Positions 11,301 through 20,529 of a stretch of 28,495 nt of DNA are shown here, piece after piece (position 1 is the stretch's first letter; every line of letters begins with the position of its first letter). A program made the translations under genes and the position numbers. The stretch is from Bugula neritina (taxonomy: Eukaryota > Animalia > Bryozoa). The stretch is taken from positions 1 to 28,495 of the forward strand of contig CAXIUT010000096.1 of the NCBI GenBank assembly GCA_964035545.1, written 5' to 3'. The notes below the pieces were generated by a model. It did no database searches. It was not told where the DNA came from and saw nothing but the letters and a program-made list of their open reading frames with translations.

Positions 11301-13261
11301 TTAAATCAAGTATAATTGATTCTGAAATAAATTCATAAATGAGAAGACAAATAAGTCGAACACCATCTCGCCATCATGACTTTCAGCATTAAGGTCATTA
11401 TGATATAAAGTATATAGAAAAAACTCCTATAGATAAAAAATAAATTGACTTATCAGTCGCTAAGTATATTAAAAATCCTACGGAATCAGATAAAAAATCA
11501 CAAACTATTGAGAAATAAATAAATAAAATGAAATAAAATGATTTCGATATAAAATCTCATCACTAGCATTTCCCAAGACATCAAATTAAATTTCATCATG
11601 AAGGTGGAGATCCAAATTTACATTCAGCTAAAGATATAAACCTACATGCAGCTAAAACATAGCACAAAGCAAAAACAAAAACAGAAAAATATATTCAATA
11701 ATCTAATAACAGAGAATAAAAAAAGATATCTAGAAAGTCATAAATTAATTATAAACCTGAAATAGCATGGGTTGCTAAATAGTAAATCATAAAATTGTGG
11801 AAAACTCCAGCTAAAAAGCCAACTCCTTCCAAAAAAGAATAAACATTAATAAATTAGTAAAATATCCTTTTTAAAAAAGATAATCAGTCAAGTAAAAAAG
11901 ATAACAGATCATAGATAAAAAGATAAAGTATTCTATAAAGAAAGGAAGAAAGAAAAAATGAAAAAAATATTAAACCACTTAAAAATAGTTAAGTTATTCC
12001 GAGTATTAGAGATTTAGGTATTTTTTCTCCTCAAAAATAAGTAAACTTAAGAGAAAAAGAATAAATCAAAAAACTAATACCAGTGATTGATAAAAAATAA
12101 AAATCAAATAATAATAAATAATCGACAAAACCTGTATAAAATCAACCAGAATAAGTATCAAAAAAAGAACCATTAAGGAGAAAGCAGCCAAAGGGAGATA
12201 TTTTAGATGATATAGTTGGAGTCAATAAAAAAATTAAAGAACAATAGCAAATTAAAGTAAATATCCATCCTTAAAATTAAAGTAAAAGATTAAATAAAAG
12301 CGGGGCAGAATCTCGTTCTGCTCCAAAAAGTAGAGCTTTAGATGTTGCAGAGTAAATTAACAGAGAATAAAGGAAACTTCCCAAGGAAAAATTATCTCCT
12401 TCTCAGTCCAATTTGAGATCAGTTCGGCAGTCAGGTATAACAGAAGGACAAAGTCGACTTCATAGAAAAAGTAAAAAGCATTTTTAATTTCAACATCAAG
12501 ATCATATAGACTTTCATTTCATTTCTCATTTATAAACAGATAAAAAATCTAGGAAAAGCGTTGAAAAAGAAGGTGTTCATTTTATAAAGAATCCAACTGA
12601 GTCAGGAGGAGATTTAGAACATATTTAAAAATAAATAGAACATTTAGCTCATCTAGGTACAGATGGACACATCATTAGAAACTATCAATAAAAACATTAA
12701 CTTTATCACAAAGAAAGAGGAGATTCTAGCTCACATCATCGCTAAATACGTGGAAAGTCTCAGTATCTTTCCAAACAAGAGCAAGAAGTTAATGTTGTAA
12801 GACATTCAGAGCTAGTAGTTCGAGATTAGAAAGGGGGAAAACTCAAAACTAAATCTCAAAAGTTTTAAATAGTGGATTCAGCTCTTCAAGGGGTTAAATC
12901 TTCAGCTCGTTCTAGTTAGAAATTTACAAATCCTTAAGGACTTACCAAAACTCCTAATAAATAAACTAAAATATAAACCAAATAAATTATTTAGGAATAA
13001 CACTCAAAAGAAGTAATCAAATAAAAAGTAGAGTAAAAGTCCAGTGAAAAACCTAAAAGAATAGCAAGAAAGCCAAGAGATAAAGCATCTGGTTTTGATG
13101 AGGATTTAGTGAATGATCTTCTTGGATTTGGTAAGTCAAAAAAGGTAAGTAAGGCGCCAATAGTTGTCAAGAAAGAAGAAACTTCTATCCCATACAAGAA
13201 AGACAATTTTTTAGATGAGGTTAAAGATACAAACAAGAAGGTAAATTCTCAAAAGAAATGA
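5347..13261 (+). CDS. Giant (~2630 aa) N-myristoylation-motif protein with a kinase-like (pseudokinase) domain and a repeat-rich disordered tail
   Basis: Starts MGSSES. Kinase-fold motifs IGDIRPQNIFI, KVANAF, YLPPE, SEQFAIGLTLL and YSENLRILVAELCNFRPSRR (~5450-6220). One 20-nt intron (5611-5630). One frameshift, probably a missing A at ~8577-8581. Ends TGA TGA. Confidence 0.8.
5611..5630 (+). other. 20-nt intron GTAAATTATAGATAACTAAG
   Basis: GT..AG; removal joins the N-lobe to the frame carrying the kinase motifs. Confidence 0.9.
6806..6950 (+). repeat. 24-bp coding tandem repeat x6 (ESQLLVKP)
   Basis: agaatcacagctattagtaaarcc x6; the only variation is synonymous AAA/AAG. Confidence 0.95.
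9053..9770 (+). repeat. 54-bp coding tandem array 1, ~13 copies (MEEPKAIEEIKPIEEPLN)
   Basis: Unit ATG/AAG at 9065+54k through 9767; rare M>K and K>R variants. Confidence 0.95.
9769..10036 (+). repeat. Apparently identical duplicate of 8797-9064 (offset 972 bp) separating the two 54-bp arrays
   Basis: ggttattatcaataaaaataaagatagac...gggggaagtaaataacctctaaat occurs at both 8797 and 9769. Confidence 0.95.
10025..11101 (+). repeat. 54-bp coding tandem array 2, ~20 copies
   Basis: Unit start at 10037+54k through 11063. Confidence 0.95.
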
Positions 13262-13311
13262 TGATAAAATGTTATTCTAATCTTTTTTAAAGAATTAATT
13301 GATTGATATTG

Positions 13312-13431
13312 ATATTAGTATATATTAATGTTATATTAGTATATATTAATGTTATATTTATTGATATTAATGTTATATTTATTGATATTAATGCTATATT
13401 TATTGATATTAATGTTATATTTATTGATATT
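13312..13431. repeat. 21-bp AT-rich minisatellite (~5.5 copies) between convergent genes
   Basis: atattagtatatattaatgtt x2, then atatttattgatattaatgyt x3 plus a partial copy. Confidence 0.85.
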
Positions 13432-13452
13432 GATAGGTTTATGGGCTATTAG

Positions 13453-13931
13453 TCAGAGTTGTTGTTTAGATGGTTCTTCTAAATCAGATAGATACAGTTT
13501 TTTGACTGATTATTAAAGTTTTTTGAGAGCTGCAAGCATTCCTTATGAAAGTTTATTGTTTTTGTCTGACTCTTTCTTGATTTTAGTGAGTTATTGCGAT
13601 TGAATTTCTATTCTAAGATAGTTGATATTGGGGAGTTGGATTTATTTTACTTTTTTTTGAACTGCTTTCATTTATTTTAAGATTTATTTCTACTTTAAAT
13701 AATTTAGACTTGTTGGTTAATAATGTTGTTTATTTTATTTACAAAAGAGCTATGTTCTTTTGATAGTAATTCCTAGAGATACTCAAATCGATTGACTGTG
13801 CTATTGAAATTAATTTAATTGACGAGACTGTTTGTAGTTTTAATCTCTTGTAGTTGAATTTCTACTTCTGACTTTTTATCTTCCTTCTATTATTCTTTTT
13901 TTCCAACCAAAACTATCTTCAAATCTTACAT
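13453..13931 (-). CDS. Small coiled-coil hypothetical protein (~152 aa)
   Basis: MEDLKIVLVGKKEEEKEDKKSEVEIQLQEIK...ALKKLEESVKKL; one 20-nt intron (13690-13709). Start and 3' end are uncertain. Confidence 0.65.
13690..13709 (-). other. 20-nt intron GTCTAAATTATTTAAAGTAG
   Basis: GT..AG; removal avoids an in-frame TGA and continues the coiled-coil frame. Confidence 0.7.
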
Positions 13932-14015
13932 TAACTTATTCTAATTATTCTAATGTCATAAAAAACAATTAAATATAAAATATACAATAGTAAAGGTCAA
14001 TAATTTTGATGTGAA

Positions 14016-15619
14016 TCATTGGACAGAAATATTGAGACTTTCTATTTATATGACTTTTTTATTCTACTATTTTGGTCCAAAACAAACAGCTGGTTTGTAT
14101 TAACAAAACTAACTTGTAAAAGGAGAGGCATCAACATCCATTGCATATAATGCATATTGAATTTGAACAAGACTTGTAACTAATTAGCTAGTTTACATCG
14201 CCTTTTCACTCCATACTCGAAAAGCAAAAGCAGTAGCTCTCATCCATAGGTTATTTTCTAGAGTAGCTTAATTAGACACTTATCCCCAAAGACAAACCTA
14301 CCCTCCGAGTATTCTACTCTTATCTACTCCTTCTGGAAAAACGATAAAGCTTTCATAGATTTGTCTCCAAAGAGAGAATTATCCCTGAGTTCCATTGAGC
14401 CAAAGGTTACCTTGTCCTTTGTTGAGATAGAGCAAGTCAGATGGAGAAAGTATTATCTTACTAGTAGTGTTGGCTGTAACTGAATATGTTAATAATTACT
14501 TTTGGCAACGTCTGTTTGGCTTCCCCAAAAATGTAAAATATCTTGATCAAAGGTTGTAACATCTTTTCCATCATTTCTCCAATAAATAACCTTTTTCCCT
14601 TACTTGACTACACCCTCGATCTGTTTCCTCCAGTACATTTGCAGCTAACCATAACTAGATATTTTGTGCTTTTGCATAAAGTTTTGAATATCTGGTCTCA
14701 AACTCCAACAGCTGGATGATACCTAATCTCCTCCCAAATGAATATATTTGCTATTTGTAAAAAGTTCACCCACCTCTCTTATGACATCCTTGACCAAATC
14801 GAACACTCCATCAATAGAAATGTCTAACTGCCCATTATAACCTGTCCCTCCAGCGCATTTTATCGATATATTTTTAGTCTTCCACTTCTCTGACTGTCCC
14901 CAAGACCTTACATGAGCAGGAGTGTCTATTTATGGAATTACTTCGACTCCATTAAGTTCAGCTGTTGAAATGATAGATTGTACATCTGAGCGAGTGTATA
15001 TTTCTTTAGAACTATAGGCTGCTTCAGCTAATTAAGGATGAGAGTTCAAAACTAAAGGAAAAGACTCATCATCTACGATATGCCAGTGAAGAATATTAAG
15101 TTTAGATAAAGACATAGACTGTATGAGTTTTTTAATGCTTTAAACACTTAAGTAATGTCGAGCAGAATCAATCATGATTCCTCTGTATGAGACGAGAGGT
15201 TCGTCTATTATTTAGACAAAAGGAATTTTATCCTTTTTTATGAGCTGAGAAAGAGATTACATAGCATAAACATATCCGGAGTAAGTACAATAGCCAATCT
15301 TTATTCCTCTCTAGCTGATATTAACTGAATACCACTCTTTATTCTGACAGCCTTCGTCAATTGCCTTTAAAGACAAATGTTGCCTTTAATTAAATATTAA
15401 TTTTTTGGGACAATCTACTCCTTTATTCAACCTTTTATTTATTTTATTAAAGTAGTATCCAGTGAGGATGAGAGGATGGTCTGAAGGAAAGTGAAATATG
15501 TCGCAAATAGAGGCCAAAGATAAATGTCCTTCTGAATAGTTTTCTTTAAGAGGAGGAGGAAAGATTGCACATAGAATTACTCCTAGTATCAATGAAAAAT
15601 ATAGAACTCTTTTCAACAT
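14016..15619 (-). CDS. Beta-N-acetylhexosaminidase (GH20), catalytically intact, signal peptide, 527 aa
   Basis: YRGIMIDSARHY, LHWHIVDDESFP, IPEIDTPAH, HLGGDE (E=TAG), ILGGEVCLWGE and LWMRA; 20-nt intron at 14480-14499. Confidence 0.95.
14480..14499 (-). other. 20-nt intron GTAATTATTAACATATTCAG
   Basis: GT..AG; required for the GH20 frame; same position and phase as in the paralog. Confidence 0.92.
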
Positions 15620-15793
15620 ATATTTTATAAGATAATAACCTCCACTAAAAAATATAAATATTCTACAAACAACAAAAGACCAATTTTATATTTTAAGATT
15701 GAGATAGGACTTTTAAAAGGAGTTCTGACAATTCAACACCAAATTAAAGTTATTTATAGAACTAAATCAAAGTTTTAGAATAACTATTGTCAA

Positions 15794-17397
15794 TCAATAA
15801 CTTAAGATATCAAGATCCTTTTTGACTTCCTCTTGAACAACAGGAAAACAAGTCTAAGCCCAGTGTTCGCAATACTCACTTGTAATAGGTGATACCATGA
15901 GTCCTAGATTTTCCATAGTCTTTTGTATATTGACGATAAGTTGAACCATTTTATATCTTGGCAACATAGATGCACTCCACATTCTTTCTCCAAAAACAGC
16001 TCCTCTCATCCACAAGTTATTCTAAAAGTTATCATCATTAGTAACTCCTCCCCACAACAATAATTCTGCTCCAAGAACCCGACTTGTATCAAGACTATTA
16101 ATCATCCATGAGTAATCTTCATAAATGCCTTTCCAAGTATTGAATTTGCTATTTGATTAGTTCATCCAAATATTTCCCAGTCCAGATGTGAGGTCAAAAA
16201 GATCTCTATTGGATAGAATAAACTTTCCCTGACTATCCTTCATCACTAAGTTAACATAGAAGTACCTCTAGGCAGGTCTGAACTGTTCCCTGTGAATTGT
16301 AAAACATCTTCAGATGAAGTTGTCTATTTTTTTGTTCCATCAGTCCAAAATATCACCTTTCTATTAACTGGAAGAGCTTGTTTCACTTGAAATCTCCAGT
16401 ACTCAACCAAAGAATCGTAATCTTTTAAATTATGTAGTCTCATAAAAATGTTTTTAATTGAATTTCTACTATCCCAACAGTTATAGTTGATCGAATCCCC
16501 TCCCAAATGGATAAAAGGAGAATTCTTAAAAACTAAATCCAACTCACTCACCACTTCTCTCACCAATTCTAGCCCTTCTCCCTTAGATGGATCCAATTGC
16601 TGGCTATACTTTGCTGTTTTACCTGCTTCACTACAACTAATAGTCAAATTCTTATTATTCCAAGTTGGAGCTTGAACCCAAGATCTCATATGACCTGGAC
16701 TATTAATTTCTGGTATTATCTTAACTCCATTTTTTTCTGCTAAAATAATCAAATTTTTTAACTCATCAATCTGATAGACTCTCTATGAGGCAAAAGTAGA
16801 ATATTCTGAGAGTTAAGGATGCGATCCCAATCGAACTGAAAAAGATTCATCATCCATCATATGCCAATGCAAGACATTAAGTTTAGAAATAGGCATTGTT
16901 TAGATGAGTCTCGAGATAGTCCTAACTTCTATAAAATGTTTAGCAGTATCAATCATGATTCCTCTGTGTTAGAAACGAGGTTAGTCCTTAATAACTCCCA
17001 AAGGAATCTTCGATCCATTGATCATTTGAGATAAAGTCTCAAGACCATACACATAACCAGGATAGTCACCATATATCAACTAAATTTATTTCTAATTGAT
17101 GTTCAGTTGATATGCTTGAGAAGAAAATAATGCTCTTTAAGTAGGCCTAAGTAAGATGTGACTTTTTGAATCAAAAAGCAAAATTTGAGGACACTATCTA
17201 TTTTTATTTAATCTTTTCATTATTTTATTAAAGTAGTAGTGATAGTTGATCAGCTAATGAGAAGTAGGTGCTTGGAAAATTTGGCAAATATCTCCAAGAT
17301 TAAGTGACTTTCCACTGTAACTCTCAAAACTAGGACTTGGATGAATCAATGAGTGGACAGTTATAACTACTACCAATAAGGCCATTATTCTCATCAT
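15794..17397 (-). CDS. GH20 hexosaminidase paralog with a degenerate active site (probable pseudoenzyme), signal peptide, 527 aa
   Basis: HRGIMIDTAKHF, LHWHMMDDESF, IPEINSPGH, HLGGDS and LGAELLLWGG; intact ORF with a 20-nt intron at 16246-16265. Confidence 0.92.
16246..16265 (-). other. 20-nt intron GTACTTCTATGTTAACTTAG
   Basis: GT..AG; required for the GH20 frame; homologous position to the intron at 14480-14499. Confidence 0.92.
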
Positions 17398-17458
17398 CTA
17401 TATTCAATACTATAATTAATCTACAAAAAATATCTTCTACTTTTATTCACGTTTTTGA

Positions 17459-17629
17459 TTGTTTTAAAAGTATTAAGAACTAAGCTTTGATGATAATTGA
17501 TATTAACCCAACCCCAACCCCAACCCCAACCCCAACCCCAACCCCAACCCCAACCCCAACCCCAACCCCAACCCCAACCCCTTGTTTTAAAAGTATTAAG
17601 AACTAAGCTTTGATGATAATTGATATTAA
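17459..17629 (+). repeat. Internal 75-nt C4A2 tract (17507-17581) flanked by a perfect 48-bp direct repeat (17459-17506, 17582-17629)
   Basis: ttgttttaaaagtattaagaactaagctttgatgataattgatattaa lies on both sides of CCCAA(CCCCAA)11CCCC. Confidence 0.95.
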
Positions 17630-17636
17630 TAATTTT

Positions 17637-19271
17637 ATGTAATAACAAGGTGTTCGGGAGTAATAACCTTCTTCAAACATCTAAGTGGACCACAAACTTC
17701 TACTTCAAAAGAAAAACATCATCGAGTAGTTTCTCCGAAATGAAGAAGATTCTTCTGATATTTTTTTCAAATACCCCAACTAATAGTTGCAAAAGATAAC
17801 AAATCAAAATTATAAAGAACACAATAAAGTTATACTCTTTAAAAATTCATCTAGTATCTATCTGGGATAAAACTGCAATGACCTCTATCATGGATACGGT
17901 TTACTTATTTACAAGTCCAACCTCCTGAGATTCTACGAAGGAAACTTCCAAAATAATTGTAAATATGGTTATGGACTATAGTACATTCACGGAGACATCT
18001 ATATTGGCAAGTTTCTCAACAATAAACCAGAAGATCACAATGGAATCTTTATCTGGAGTAATGGAGATATCTATCATGGAACTTTTGTCAATGGAATGAA
18101 ACATGGTATGGGAAAATGGCAATCAGGCGATTAATTCTATTCTGGAACTTGGAAATTTAATAAACCAGAAGGACAAGGTTATATTAGGTCAGCTCTTTCT
18201 TAATATAATGGAGACATTAAAAATGGATACAAACATGGATCAGGTGTATAATTATTTAAGAATGGAGATCGCTATGAAGGAACTTACTCTAATGGAAAGC
18301 CTGAAGGAAAAGGTATCTATGCTTGGAATAATGGATCCATATACAAAGGATAATTTAAAAATGGACTCAGATTTGGACAAGGAGTATGGCAATATGGAGC
18401 TGAAAAATATTAAGGAGTTTATATCAATGATAAACGTAGTGGGTAAGGCACTTATACTTGGTCAGGTGGGAGTTTCTATAAAGGCAACTTCATATAAGAT
18501 CTGAGACATGGTTTTGGAGAAATGCACTGGGATGATAATTCTTTCTACAAAGGTCAATGGTTTGAAGGCACTCAAAATGGATAAGGATAAATATGGTAAA
18601 AAGGAAAAATCATTCAAAAAGGATATTTTCAATTTGGTAAATATAAACCATAGTTGTCTTCAGAGGAAAACTAAAGAAAGCTCGCTCCGTTACCTTCATA
18701 TGGTAAAAAAATAACTACTCAAATAAATACATAGGTACTACCTATATTTTAGAAGAAAGAGAGATTCAATTCTTTTCAAACCAAGAGAGATTACTTTAAA
18801 GCTGGAAATAAACAAAGTAAAGACAAACCTTTTCATCAAAGTTTTTATGATAAACAAACTTAAGCCATATTAGAAAAAAGAAAATAGATCAATAAACGAT
18901 ATTCATTCTTAGAAAAAATAACTTCAGAAAAAAGAGGTCACAACTTTTCATCTTAAAGAAGAGGAATTAAAATATCTTCTGAAAGAGGAGGAAATAATCA
19001 AATGATAGGATAAGGGTTGAAGAAGTCAAATGAAGGAAGTATTACTAAATTTGATGGTTCTAAAAGTAAATAGAAAAGAGAAAGGCAAGAAGTGAAGACA
19101 TCTTTGGCCAAAATTCAACTATACAAGAAGTTAAGAAGATAAAGGATAACAGAACCTATAAATAAAAAGGTTTCCAATAAGCAACCCAAATCTTATGAAA
19201 AATAAGTAATGTTTTAAAGCTAGCTTTCACCAATAAAATGGAAAAATTTTGCCAACATCGGCTCCAGTTGA
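17637..19271 (+). CDS. MORN-repeat protein, 544 aa
   Basis: About 11 MORN repeats (YxGxF/WxNGxxxGxG) at ~17850-18640, then a basic disordered tail; no in-frame TGA until 19269. Confidence 0.93.
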
Positions 19272-19302
19272 TATTTGAACATTAAATAAATATATTCTAT
19301 CT

Positions 19303-19362
19303 TCATTTATCTCATCGAAAAGATACCATCTATCATTTATCTCATCGAAAAGATACCATCTA
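19303..19362. repeat. 30-bp tandem duplication in convergent intergenic region
   Basis: tcatttatctcatcgaaaagataccatcta x2. Confidence 0.85.
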
Positions 19363-19407
19363 GAAAACAGCTCTGAGGCAAATAATAATAAATACTACTA
19401 TAAATAA

Positions 19408-20349
19408 TCAACATCTTTGCAAACAAGATAAACGGCCTGACTTTTCTTCAGACATTTTAAAAGAGGAATGATGAGTAGATCTGAACTTATTGTATCTATG
19501 ACTCTTTTCATCTGTATGAACTACAGTAACTCCTAAGTACTAGAACTCATGTTTTTTGTTTCTTTGACTCTTTTGAGACTGAATCCATCTATCCATCACT
19601 TCTGTCCTCTCAAATAACCTTTCTTCTTTCCCATTTGAAATAATATTATTTCCTTCAAAGTTGTGATCTTTTTTATCTAAAGTTTAACTTTTATCATGTA
19701 CTTTCATAATAGAACCTGCTTCATCCACAAAAGGACCTTTTGAAGAGATATAATTTTTGCTATGTTTATCAGATGAGATATAGTTCTTCCTATGTTTATC
19801 AGAAGAGATATAATTTTTGCTATGTTTATCAGATGAGATATAGTTCTTGCTATGTTTATCAGATGAGATATAATTATGTTATTAAATTTATTTATTTTTA
19901 TTTTTATTTTTAAGAGCAGAATTAATAAGTTTGAGGTGGTTAATTTATTTGATTTTAATAGAAAGGGAAGTTTTCATTAGCTATATTTAACTTTCAGATG
20001 TTTCAGCATTGATTTTATAGGTGTGCAGTTATTGTTTCAATTCTTTGTTTTATCTTTTAAGCACAGAACATTATTATTTGAAAAAATTTAACTCATCAGC
20101 TATCTCATTATAGTACTCATCTCTTTTAATTTAGATATCTATATTATGGTAAGCTTCTTGAGCCAAAAGTAAATCATTACCCATCCTCTCTAACACACTC
20201 ATAAATATTTTCAAAAAGTGTCTCTCTTGCTTTATCTTGAACTCACTGTTTAAACCTTATAACTCGAATATTTTGTTCTCTATTGTCTTATGTAGATCTG
20301 ATAAAAGAGGATGTTCTAAAGCTTTACAGCCCCCTTCTCTCGATTTCAT
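19408..20349 (-). CDS. Coiled-coil hypothetical protein, 313 aa, with DKHSKNYISS repeats
   Basis: Open from ATG 20349 to TGA 19408-19410; heptad-rich N-terminal half. Confidence 0.8.
19741..19875 (-). repeat. 30-bp coding repeat x4.5 (DKHSKNYISS)
   Basis: Mostly synonymous variants alternating with a 60-bp period. Confidence 0.9.
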
Positions 20350-20529
20350 ATTAATAAAATAATTAATCAATACTACACTTATTATATCACTGCTAATACT
20401 ATCAAACTCGAATTCTCTATTTAAAACTACATCTTTATCACTCGATTTTATCTTTTAACTTTCTTAATCCCAAAAACTTAATACTTATTTCATGCTAAAT
20501 TTACCTTTTATTTAAAAAGAATTTCATCA

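Noticed and set aside
13917-13959. Upstream ATG (13959) plus a 19-nt intron for the small coiled-coil gene
   Set aside because: An in-frame ATG at 13931 makes it unnecessary, and the candidate intron lacks the -6 A.
17421-17648. WG-repeat ORF resembling an Argonaute-binding GW motif
   Set aside because: It is simply the translation of the (TTGGGG)n telomere tract.
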